DNA of 64,000 nucleotides from Chrysomallon squamiferum (Eukaryota; Animalia; Mollusca), in contig CM022679.1 in NCBI GenBank assembly GCA_012295275.1, positions 16,616,001 to 16,680,000 on the forward strand, given 5' to 3'. Both the position numbers and the translations under genes were made by a program. Positions 1-12,380 of the stretch are shown one piece after another; positions within the stretch are counted from its first letter, which is position 1; the number at the start of each line of letters is the position of its first letter. The notes beneath the pieces are model-generated. The model did no database searches. It was not told the origin of the DNA and saw only the letters and a list, made by a program, of their open reading frames with translations.

Positions 1-337
1 ACAGTTATAGTAGAAATGGAGATAAACAGTTATAGTAGATATGGAGATAAACAGTTACAGTAGATATGGAGATAAACAGTTACAGTAGATATGGAGATAA
101 ACAGTTAAAGTAGATATGGAGATAAACAGTTATAGTAGGTATGGAGATAAACAGTTATAGTAGGTATGGAGATAAACAGTTATAGTAGGTATGGAGATAA
201 ACAGTTATAGTAGATATGGAGATAAACAGTTACAGTAGATATGGAGATAAACAGTTACAGTAGGTATGGAGATAAACAGTTACAGTAGGTATGGAGATAA
301 ACAGTTATAGTAGGTATGGAGATAAACAGTTATAGTA
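1..337. repeat. 25-bp minisatellite (ACAGTTAYAGTAGRTATGGAGATAA)n, ~13.5 copies, truncated by window start
   Basis: Direct 25-nt periodicity (units start at 1, 26, 51, ...). Confidence 0.97.
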
Positions 338-1419
338 TTGGCTGTTTAAAGAAGTGTTTTGCATCTCCATTAATATGAATGTAAATCCTTGAACCTGCTT
401 TTGCATCTTTCAGTGAGGTTTATGAAGAAATAATAAATTCACATTGTAATTTTTTCTTTTTTTGATTATCCCTTCCAAAAAAGTATAAAAAAATAATAAT
501 AATAAAATGTGTCTGTAATTTTAAAAGAAACTTTTATTTTTTAATTATTTGTTTTCATTTTATGTTATTTCATTATATTTTATATTATTACTCTCAGAAA
601 GAAAGAAGGATAGGTTGTCAGTAACAAAGAAAAAGTAACTTAGAAGTGTGTTCAGGTAGATTACTTCTACCTCTACAGGTACATTTAAAGAATGTTGTTG
701 TTGGGTGTCCAGCTCTGGTTTCAATTTAATATGTATTAAAATGAAAACAACATACCACAGCGAGGATATGCATGTGAAAAAAAAACAAATATAAAAATAA
801 TTAAATACTTTATTATTACAAAGCTTTGTATGGCTGATGTTATGACCTGGTCATGTATTAGAATGTTGAAAATGAAGAACAGTCACACAGGTAAATTATG
901 TCATAATTACAAATGTTTGTGTTTTAACTGAGAGCTGGTTATATCTGGACAAATGAACTGTTTAGTCAAATGAGGTTTGTACATCAAAGCTATTCACACT
1001 GGATGAAAATGCAGTTTTTTATACCACAAAGAAATAACATGTGGTTTTATTTTACTACAATATGAAACAACAAGACAAAGATGGGCCAGGTATTCACATG
1101 ACCACTGGACACATTTTGTCTGCCACCGAATGTTCTCTGTGTGTGTCAGTCTGTTGTGTTTCTCTTGTTTGCATTATATGCTCTTTCTTGTGAAGTTGGA
1201 GAGCCTATCATCATGTTTTCATTGAAGTCTACCTAAAGAGAGGTTGCTGGGGTCAGCTGTACATTAACACAAGATGAGTAATAACAGAAACCTGAGATCA
1301 CATTTAATTTTATTTTGAGATAACTTATAATTTAATGTTGTCTTCAGTATGATTTAAATGATGTTAACCATAACATAAAATTAGATCAGCTTTAATTTAT
1401 ACTTGAGGTCAGATATATA

Positions 1420-3560
1420 ATTAACATGGGTCAGCTACAAGTTAACCTTGAGGTCAGCTATAAAATTAACAAAGGTCAGCTAGTAAATTAACATGGGTCA
1501 GCTAGTAAATTAACATGGGTCAGCTATAAAATTAACAAAGGTCAGCTAGTAAATTAACATGGGTCAGCTAGTAAATTAACATGGGTCAGTTAGTAAATTA
1601 ACAAAGGTCAGCTAGTAAATTAACATGGATCAGCTATAAAATTAACAAAGGTCAGCTAGTAAATTAACATGGGTCAGCTAGTAAATTAACAAAGGTCAGC
1701 TAGTAAATTAACATGGGTCAGCTAGTAAATTAACAAAGGTCAGCTAGTAAATTAACAAAGGTCAGCTAGTAAATTAACATGGGTCAGTTAGTAAATTAAC
1801 AAAGGTCAGCTAGTAAATTAACATGGGTCAGCTAGTAAATTAACATAGGTTAGCTAGTAAATTAACAAAGGTCAGCTAGTAAATTAACATGGGTCAGCTA
1901 GTAAATTAACAAGGGTCAGCTAGTAAATTAACATGGGTCAGCTAGTAAATTAACATGGGTTAGCTAGTAAATTAACAAAGGTCAGCTAGTAAATTAACAT
2001 GGATCAGCTATAAAATTAACAAAGGTCAGCTAGTAAATTAACATGGGTCAGCTAGTAAATTAACATGGGTTAGCTAGTAAATTAACATGGGTTAGCTAGT
2101 AAATTAACAAAGGTCTGCTAGTAAATTAACATGGGTTAGCTAGTAAATTAACAAAGGTTAGTAAATTAACATGGATCAGCTAGTAAATTAACAAGGGGGT
2201 AAATTAACATGGGTCAGCTAGTAAATTAACATGGGTTAGCTAGTAAATTAACAAAGGTCAGCTAGTAAATTAACATGGATCAGCTATAAAATTAACAAAG
2301 GTCAGCTAGTAAATTAACATGGGTCAGCTAGTAAATTAACATGGGTTAGCTAGTAAATTAACATGGGTTAGCTAGTAAATTAACAAAGGTCTGCTAGTAA
2401 ATTAACATGGGTTAGCTAGTAAATTAACAAAGGTCAGCTAGTAAATTAACATGGATCAGCTATAAAATTAACAAAGGTCAGCTAGTAAATTAACATGGGT
2501 TAGCTAGTAAATTAACATGGGTTAGCTAGTAAATTAACAAAGGTCTGCTAGTAAATTAACATGGGTTAGCTAGTAAATTAACAAAGGTCAGCTAGTAAAT
2601 TAACATGGATCAGCTATAAAATTAACAAAGGTCAGCTAGTAAATTAACATGGGTCAGCTAGTAAATTAACATGGGTTAGCTAGTAAATTAACATGGGTCA
2701 GCTAGTAAATTAACATGGGTTAGCTAGTAAATTAACAAAGGTCAGCTAGTAAATTAACATGGATCAGCTATAAAATTAACAAAGGTCAGCTAGTAAATTA
2801 ACATGGGTCAGCTAGTAAATTAACATGGGTTAGCTAGTAAATTAACAAAGGTCAGTTAGTAAATTAACAAAGGTCAGCTAGTAAATTAACAAAGGTCAGC
2901 TAGTAAATTAACATGGGTCAGCTAGTAAATTAACATGGGTTAGCTAGTAAATTAACATGGGTTAGCTAGTAAATTAACAAAGGTCTGCTAGTAAATTAAC
3001 ATGGGTTAGCTAGTAAATTAACAAAGGTCAGCTAGTAAATTAACATGGGTCAGCTAGTAAATTAACATGGGTCAGCTAGTAAATTAACATGGGTTAGCTA
3101 GTAAATTAACATGGGTTAGCTAGTAAATTAACAAAGGTCTGCTAGTAAATTAACATGGGTTAGCTAGTAAATTAACAAAGGTCAGCTAGTAAATTAACAT
3201 GGATCAGCTATAAAATTAACAAAGGTCAGCTAGTAAATTAACATGGGTCAGCTAGTAAATTAACATGGGTTAGCTAGTAAATTAACATGGGTTAGCTAGT
3301 AAATTAACATGGATCAGCTATAAAATTAACATGGGTTAGCTAGTAAATTAACATGGGTTAGCTAGTAAATTAACATGGGTCAGCTAGTAAATTAACATGG
3401 GTTAGCTAGTAAATTAACATGGGTCAGCTAGTAAATTAACATGGGTTAGCTAGTAAATTAACAAAGGTCAGCTAGTAAATTAACATGGGTCAGTTAGTAA
3501 ATTAACAAAGGTCAGCTAGTAAATTAACATGGGTCAGCTAGTAAATTAACATGGATCAGC
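1420..3560. repeat. 22-bp minisatellite (GGTCAGCTAGTAAATTAACATG and variants), roughly 95-100 copies
   Basis: 22-nt period (e.g. GGTCAGC at 1474 and 1496). Recurring variants: CAAAGGTCAG, CATGGGTTAG, CATGGATCAGCTATAAAA, CAAAGGTCTG. Confidence 0.97.
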
Positions 3561-3665
3561 TGTGATTTAAAGTTGAGGTCAGCTGTGATTTAAAGTTGAG
3601 GTCAGCTGTGGATTAAAGTTGAGGTCAGCTGTGATTTAAAATTGAGGTCAGCTGTGATTTAAACT
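3553..3665. repeat. 23-bp tandem repeat (GGTCAGCTGTGATTTAAAGTTGA) x~5, related to the adjacent 22-mer array
   Basis: CAGCTG recurs at 3557, 3580, ...; shares the GGTCAGCT core with the 22-mer. Confidence 0.93.
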
Positions 3666-5668
3666 TGCAGTGTTAGAGACCTGAGAAAGAAGTGGTGTTG
3701 AAGCATTCCACTGTCAGGAAACAGTTTGCCAGATTAGCTTCCAACCACTTGTGTGATTCACTTAGCTTCATGATGTAATTACACAGTTAGTCATGTCTCC
3801 AGAGGCAAACACAGTTCATGTACTAGGTGTGTGTGTGTGTCTGTCTGTCTGTCTGTGTGTGCATGTTGTTGTATATATACATCCAGTGAAAGGAGGATAA
3901 CAGTTGTTTTAGGAGTTGTCTTAACAGTGATTAATCACAACCTGGGTTTTACCTCCAGAGTGTCTGCTGGTCTGCTTCCTATTTCAGCCAGAGCCTCTTG
4001 ACCTCTGTGTCAGAGGTCACGACATGTGGTTTTCCTCTATGGGAAAGTAGAAAATCTTTCAGCTGATTACTAACAGTAGCCCAAAGTGTGGCATGGATTT
4101 CATCTTGTCTTACTTTGTTATAAAATTAGACACAACTGGCACTGGTCCATTAACCAGACAATGTTAGCAGAGTATTAAAAATGAAGGAATTACAACATTT
4201 ACAAAATTTATCCAGTGACATTTTTATAAAAGTAATGGAACTGAGGAGATAGGGTATTCATTATTAGAAATAAAAAACTTTTAAATTTTTAACTTTATAT
4301 GTATATATTTGTTTTTTAATAGGTTTATTTATTGAAATATATACAAAATTAACGGAATGATTACAAACTGATACAGGCTTGGTTTTACACAGGACAAGGT
4401 TTTTTGTAAATGTAACACTATCTACCATATCAAACAATGCAGGCATTTGTTTATCCAGGTTTGATTTCACTTCTGTTTGGTCTCAGGTTTTGTTCATTCA
4501 CTAGGTGTCTATGTATGTGTACCTGAAATCACTTCAGGTATTTTTAATTTACACCTGTTGACACATTGCTCATTAAGAATCACACCTCTGCTATTTACCT
4601 GATGACCAGGAAAGTATGTAATACAATGAATCACAGGTAACAACCAGAATATTACAAACAAAAGATTATATGTTTGATAAAGAAAGAAAAATAAATAACA
4701 TAATACAAACAAAAAGATAGAGAAAGAAATAACAAAGAAAGAAATAAAGATTTGTCATGTTTCCAGTATTAACCCTTCCCTTAATAACAGGTTATAAATG
4801 TTCTGTGAATAGTTTTAAGTGGATGGTAAATATATATAATTTGAGGGAAGATTTTATTTTATATTAAACTGTAAATAGAAAAATTCTAACAACATTCTGT
4901 GTTACATAATGACAAGCCAGTGTTAATATTTTAATACCTGCAGAATTAAGCCTGTTAATTATTTAGGTTAAGACATTACTGCCAGATATTTAACAAAACA
5001 CATTGAACTTTATATAATACCACATTTGTGTAAAATTATATCTACATATATGTGCATACAAACTCACACAACACTGTGGTTATATTGTGCTGTATCGTTA
5101 TCATAATATTTACAAATAAAAAGGATTGTCCCACCATGCACATGCAGTATTACGTAATTCACTTGTGAGTTGTTAAATCACTTCTATCTGCAGACCAGAA
5201 TGGAGTGTGTCTGTTCCCAGCAGGAACACCACTGAATAACACAGACAGCAGTCTTACTGGAAAACTCAGCTCTTTTATTACTACTGTACAGTTCTCTTTT
5301 CTCTCATTCAACTGTTTATAAAAACATCCATTTTACTTTTCCGAATTTGTATATAATAAATGGGAAGTAGACTATAAATGTTTTTATGTTATATGCATAC
5401 TTAATGGTTTAGTAGATGCACATATATAAATAACTAACTGCACATGAACACAGACACATGAGCTAAGCTGTCAGTAGGTTTTTGCGTGGGTTTTTTCTGT
5501 TTATTATAAACAATGAACTCATATGTTGCAGTTGCATCCGGCAATTGACTGTTAAGTAAATTAGAAAATTACAAAACAGACACTGTTTTTCTGAACATTT
5601 CTTCATTTTCTATTTTTTATTTCAAATTCTTTTCTATTTTCTTTATATATTTATTTTCTTTATTATTG

Positions 5669-5700
<32 letters not shown>

Positions 5701-6948
5701 CATCATTATTATTAATATTATTATTAAATTTGATTTTATTGTGGGGTTTTTTTTTAAATTATTAATTTTAATTTTTACTATAATTTTTTTTAATTTTTTT
5801 TTTTAGCCATGACAATTTTCTTGAATGTAAGAGTTGTAAACAGCGACTGCTGGGGGCAGGGGTGTTGTAATTTACACACAAAGACTTGTATCTACACACA
5901 TCTTATTAATACATGATCCCATACAGAAAAGTTTATTATTGATAATTATATTTACTTAGTGAGCTTTTCACAATGCTCTTTCTTCTGTTGTGTATTCCCA
6001 CCATTCGTATAATGAAACTATAAACACTATAATTGCCACTTTCAACTTCTGTCTTGTATTTTCATGACCCTGTTGAGGTCTGTGTACACACCTGTCTCTT
6101 ATCAAGGTAATTAGTGTATTGGTGATAGCATGCCTCAGCTGTCTGCGCTACACAAACACAGCAGTCCATTTTATAGATTCCTCCACTTGAAATCCATTTA
6201 TTACAATGATTCATAGATGTTTTTCAGTTCAGATTCTGTATTTGTCATGTTTCATAAAGAGCTTGTTAAACTGGGGGTACCTGCAGCTGTTTAATAGTTT
6301 GTTAATGGGCTGTTTGAAGATGTCTGAATTTGATGACATATTTTGGTTTCAGTATGAGTTTGGTGAAACAAGAATATTAATCTAATATAAAAAAATGAAA
6401 ATTAATCTACTTCATAAAGTTTCACATACAATAAACATTCTGTGTATAAGTTATTTGAAAACAAATTTAACAGATTAGTACTAATGCTCCAAATTATTAT
6501 TATTGTTATTATTGTTATTATATTTATTTATTTATTTATTTTTTTTAAATAAAAGTTTTCTTCTTGTCTTTTCTTTTTCTTCTGAAATTTTGTTTTAAAC
6601 AATAACATTTTATATTTATTCTTTTCACTTCAACAAACCATTAAACATTCCTTTAGTATTTTACACAAGAAAATGAAAAGACCAAAACAGTTATGTCTGT
6701 ATCTATTTAAAAAAAAAGTGTGTGTTTGATAAAAATAGTTTAAATAAAACACAACTAAGGAGTTCAGAGCTACATAAAAACTATTTTTTTCTGAATAAAA
6801 CCAGTCAGTATTACACCTGTTCCTGTTTGCTGTAGTCATTGTATAAGTAATGTTAATGTTCATGTTATTAAATAAGTGTTTTTCTTCCTTTGTAGCATTA
6901 CGGCTGTTATTATATGACTCATTCATATCATTTAAGAAGTGTGTATTG

Positions 6949-6950
<2 letters not shown>

Positions 6951-7011
<61 letters not shown>
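6951..7011. repeat. (GT)n(GA)n microsatellite
   Basis: Direct inspection. Confidence 0.95.
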
Positions 7012-7012
<1 letters not shown>

Positions 7013-10000
7013 TAAAAAAAAGAAAGATACTCTAAAACTGGATTTATATCTTAACTATCTGTGCATTATATTAAATAATAATCTTTTCATGATGACAGAT
7101 AAATTTCAGCTAGAACTTAGCACAGACATTTCTCATATTTTTTATAGTTTTATTTTATGAGCTTTAAAGAGTAGTTAGATTTGATTACACAATCTTGTGT
7201 AGATTGTATTATCTTAAACTGTTTAAGTTTTATCATGTCAAAAAAGATGTACATTTGAATTTTTTTTTTTTATACATTTTCTAAAAAAAAAATTTAAAAT
7301 AATTTTTATTTATTAATATATATATATATTATATATTTATTATAGATTTCTTGCATAAATGTTGTATACAGTGCTTCTGTTACAGTTATGAGTAATAAAA
7401 GAAATATAACAGAAATGATACACTACCTAATACATTTATATAATAATTCTAAGTACATAAAACACATTTATAATTAATACAAATGTTATTCTAATTAAAA
7501 CTTATTTAGACATAGTAATATATTCTAATTAAAACTTATTTAGTCACAGTAATATATTCTAATTAATACATATATCTGACAACACATTCCACATTTTATG
7601 ATTGTCTGATACTGCAACTGTTTCCTTCTACCTGTGACTCACCTGAAAACAATGTTGTTGAGTAAACAGATTTCTGTGAGCTACCTGTCACAGGTACACT
7701 GTAGGTAGCACACAAGAATGTGTTTGCCTTTTTATTCATGAATTAAAATTATTCAAGTCTGTGTACCTGATAGGTTGTGGTACAGGTTTTCAAGTCTCAC
7801 CTCAAGGATCATAAAATATCACAGGCTCGTGTAAATCACCATACCTGAACTGTTATTTTCTTTCATAGATCATTTTATTATTCTAGAAAATCTGAATAAA
7901 TTGTGTTATTTGTCAACCATAATAAAACAGTGAAAAGAAAGGAAAAAAATTCCAGTATGAAAAAAAAATGAGAAATAAATAAAATTAACATAATATATTT
8001 ATTTTATGTCTGTGCTGAACTTTATTTTTATTTTATTATTGTTATTTTTTATTTTATTTTATTTTATTTTATTTTTTATTTTTTATTTTATGGGGTGGGT
8101 GCAGGAGTGGAGCAGGGGAATTTTAAGATATTTTTACTCTTTGAAATATATTCAGAAGGCAAACATACAAATAAATGTTTTTATTTCAATTTTTTTATTT
8201 TTTAATTACTGAAAAAGTGAAATTAACAAAACAAATATACACATATTTGCATGTATCACTGCTGCTGCTGGAATTATTTGTAGCTCGGTTACCTGAAGCC
8301 TCCACAAAAGAAAACAACGGGATGATGTTTTGTTGTATAAAAACACATCTACATCACATTAGCAGTAAACAAGCATGATTCACTGAGACCTGTAAACACA
8401 CAAGTTGTTTGGCAATGATGCTGAAGCAGTCTGCACTTGTCAGAGCACTGTTGAAAAGAGCTTGTTGGATTTTTGTTTTTTAACACTTACTTAAAAATAG
8501 ATTTGTTACTTGGCTTTTTTCTTATTCTTTACAATTATTTGAAAATGGTTTATTGTTATTTGGGAATTTTCTTATTTTAGAATTATTTGAAAAATATGTC
8601 TGTTTTTCATAACATCAGTATTAATTGTTTAAATCCATGGACAAAATCTGCATAATTAATTCTTACATTATTTTATCAAAACTGGCTGTTTTCTCTCCCA
8701 TGTCTGTATGGTCTTTGATTACATATATGACTTCATATGCCTGAACATTTTAAAATGTAGTGAGTAAACAAAATATTGTTTTCCTTCCTTACCAGGGTAT
8801 ATTTTAGAACTATTATTCTGTAACTTTCAGTTTCATATCATACAGTGTCTTGTAGTTTCAGTATTACCTTTATTTTGATTTTGTTGTGTATATCTTGAGA
8901 CAAGGTATCTAAGGGACTTTATTGTGATCTCAATATGACTAACTGTCTGTTTGGGTTTGGTCACAATGTCAGTTAAACATACTGACAGTATGACACATCT
9001 TCCCAAGGGAAACAGCTGTTAGCTCATGTCTTGTCCTCGTGTAATATCCAATTTTATACACCACTGTGCATGAAGCTAGAGAGGGTGGGGTTACACTTTG
9101 ATTCACTGGAATAGTCTGATAAAAATACTTTAAAATTTTTATATTCAGTTTATTTATTTATTTATTTTTAATGCAGATTGATGTTTGAATTCAAATTAAC
9201 TGTACAAGTTTCACTTTTATTTCTGGAAGGATATTTTCATGTGAATATAATTTTATCAGAGATTCAAATCTTATTAGAAAAAGTATTGATTTACATTTAT
9301 TTATTACATGATTGTAAAAAGTAACTATTTTATAATCTGGGGGTTAAAAATAACAACAAAAAATTGTATCTTTGATAAATATAACATTACAGCCAGTAAA
9401 GTGATACGCTATTATATCATAAATAAATTATTCAGATAAAACATTAAAACATTCTATACATTAAATGAGTTTATACTAGAACCTTCATAAAATAGCAAAA
9501 CTCAGATATGCATTTATATTGTTTTGTGAAAATCAAATGCTTGTGTATTTTTTGAAGATAATATTAAAGAGACTCATTCATTATTATACAAGAAATTGTA
9601 ATTTAACATACACTAAATTTCTATCATTGTGATGCATTAAAATATCTAAATGTCATCCTCTTGCATTTAATTTTGTTATTATCTTAGTATATTTTAATGT
9701 CTGTTGTCTTAGTGCATTTTAATGTCTGTTGTCTAATGGAAATTTTAACGTCTATTATTTTAACACATTTAAAATATTACTTAATATATTTAAAGATTCA
9801 TCATCTAACAACCATTGCATATCAGTCATAGCTAACAGCATGTAATCACACCAGACACTATCCAGACCACTTGATATACAACATCTGATGGAATTCATTG
9901 GTTTGTTATCTAATTGAGAAATACTGAAGTTGTCATAGCTGCTGGAGCCATTGTTTAACAAAAATTGTGTTCAGTTGATGGCTGTTGAAATGACTGGCTG

Positions 10001-10819
10001 AAGAGAATGTCTCTGGAATGTTAATAATTGGTTAGTCATGTTACTGGGTTTGTCTAGCAGAAAATTTAGATTGATCAGTATTTGTCTGATATCTGATTCA
10101 GTCCCCCACTGTTATGTTAAAACAGATATGAAGTAAGACTTGTAATAGGATTTAGCTAAAGGAAGTTCTTTAATAAAGATCATCTGATATGAGAGCAGGT
10201 TTTTTTTTTCTAAATTGTTTAACTTTATATAGTATAAAGTATGAATTGTTTTTTGTTGTGTTTTTGTTTTTGCTTGAAATAAATACCTGATTGGATGTTC
10301 TCTTTTTCTGAGGACAGAAAGAAAGATAGAGGGTGCATGCATGTGTGTGTGTGTGTGCGTGTGTTTATGTATGTCTGTGTGTGAACAGTTTCAAACAGTT
10401 AATGAATCATAAATAATTTTGCATGGCTTGTACAGATTAAAACCATTAAGGTTGGCAAATTGCTTTCAGCAATAAAGCCTTGGAAATATACAGTGCAACC
10501 TCATTAATCCACAAAGAAAAGATTTTATGGATATGTAACAGGCATATTATATGGAAACCTGATTAAGCAGTATAATCCTTGTTATTGCTTTCTCACCCAG
10601 ATTTCAGTTAGAGAAGTCAGTAGAGAGATTAGTACTACAGTTTTTGTAAAGAATTTACAGTGAACCGACATAAATATTTGTTACAGGTGCTGTACTGACT
10701 GAACTCTTTCAGCCTGATATTCAGTCTACCACCAAGAGTAATACATTTTCTTTTTATTTAATTAATGAGTCCAGTACAATGTGGTTAGAGAGCTATCTGA
10801 TATGTAATGAGTTGTTAAA

Positions 10820-10899
10820 GTGTGTGTGTGTCTGTGTGTGTCTCTGTGTGTCTGTGTGTGTCTGTATGTCTGTGTGTGTGTCTCTGTATGTGTCTGTCT

Positions 10900-10936
<37 letters not shown>

Positions 10937-11387
10937 TGTATGTCTGTGTATGTCTTTGTGTCTGTATGTGTGTCTGTGTATGTCTGTGCCTGTGTGTGTG
11001 TGTGTTTGTGTATGTCTGTGTATGTCTTTGTGTCTGTATGTGTGTCTGTGTTTGTGTATGTCTGTGCCTGTATGTGTGTCTGTATGTCTGTATGTGTCTG
11101 TGTCTGTGTGTGTGTGTGTTTGTGTATGTCTGTGTATGTCTTTGTGTCTGTATGTGTGTCTGTGTTTGTGTATGTCTGTGCCTGTGTGTGTGTGTCTCTC
11201 TGTATGTGTCTGTCTGTCTGTGTGTGTTTTTGTGTGTGTGTGTGTGTGTGTCTGTCTGTCTGTCTGTCTGTCTGTGTGTGTGTGTGTTTGTGTATGTCTG
11301 TGTATGTCTTTGTGTCTGTATGTGTGTCTGTGTTTGTGTATGTCTGTGCCTGTGTGTGTGTCTCTCTGTATGTGTCTGTCTGTCTGT

Positions 11388-11424
<37 letters not shown>
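10820..11424. repeat. Compound GT/GTCT/GTAT-rich microsatellite with internally duplicated blocks
   Basis: Low-complexity TG-rich tract; the block GTTTGTGTATGTCTGTGTATGTCTTTGTGTCTGTATG recurs four times. It explains the spurious Cys/Val ORFs. Confidence 0.95.
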
Positions 11425-11425
<1 letters not shown>

Positions 11426-12024
11426 TGTTTTTGAGGAAGCTTAATACAATATCAATTTTCTATTAACTCAGTTGATTGTTCCAACCCCTGTCCTACAACT
11501 GACTCCTGTCTCTATGAAATATAACTTGTTGCTAAGTGATAACAGAGGAATGACAGCAGCAGATTTAAGATTTCATGGTAATAAATGACTGACATCTAAT
11601 ATCTGTTAATATAAAATGTGTTGATGAGTCATTAAACAATCATTGATTTCTTTCTTTTTTTCAAACTTAACAAGTCATAAAGTTAACAGCTTTTGAATCT
11701 GGTCTGTTTCAGTTATGCTGCTCTTGCTGTAAGTTTAAAAAAAAAAAAAAAAAAAAATCTGACATTTTGTTTTGGTCATAAGTCTAAAATGACATTTCAT
11801 TCTTGTAGACAACCACCAACAATTTTCAGTTTAAAACATAAACATTGAACATATTAAACTTGGAACTAAGTTTGATTAAAATTATAATAAGTAGGTAAAA
11901 AAAAAAAAAAAAAAAAAAAAAAGGTTTTCATGATATCTTTCACATCTGTTGTCAGATTAATGTATTTGTAATAAACAGAAGAAAAAAAAAAAAATTGTGG
12001 TCCATAGCAAAAACATTTCATATG

Positions 12025-12380
12025 AAAAAGTGCTAAAGATGTGTCATTTCATCCTGTGTAATATTTGTGAGAAGTGCTAAAGATGTGTCATTTCATCCTG
12101 TGTAACATTTGTGAGAAATGCTAAAGATGTGTCATTTCATCCTGTGTAATATTTGTGAGAAATGCTAAAGATGTGTCATTTCATCCTGTGTAATATTTGT
12201 GAAAAGTGCTAAAGATGTGTCATTTCATCCTGTGTCATTTGTGTGCTAAAGATGTGTCATTTCATCCTGTGTAATATTTGTGAAAAGTGCTAAAGATGTG
12301 TCATTTCATCCTGTGTAATATTTGTGAAAAGTGCTAAAGATGTGTCATTTCATCCTGTGTAATATTTGTGAGAAGTGCTG
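12025..12380. repeat. 44-bp minisatellite (GTGCTAAAGATGTGTCATTTCATCCTGTGTAATATTTGTGARAA) x~8
   Basis: TGCTAAAG at 12031, 12075, 12119, 12163, 12207, ...; one unit carries an internal deletion. Confidence 0.95.

Noticed and set aside
660-685. Pyrimidine tract plus CAG|GTACAT as a recursive splice site
   Set aside because: The donor half is weak, and CAGGT motifs occur on both strands throughout this region.
1-3665. CRISPR-like appearance of regular short repeats
   Set aside because: Units are head-to-tail with no unique spacers, there are no cas genes, and the context is eukaryotic.
10488-10690. TACAGTGCAACCTCATTAATCC, similar to a Tc1/pogo MITE terminus (also at 30541 and 35219)
   Set aside because: No convincing matching inverted terminus was found; too decayed to call.
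10779-11466. Three overlapping 200+ aa Cys/Val-rich ORFs
   Set aside because: Artefact of the stop-free TG-rich microsatellite; open in all three frames with no protein-like composition.
12025-12380. 44-bp repeat as a possible CRISPR array or coding repeat
   Set aside because: No spacers and no sustained ORF; an ordinary minisatellite.
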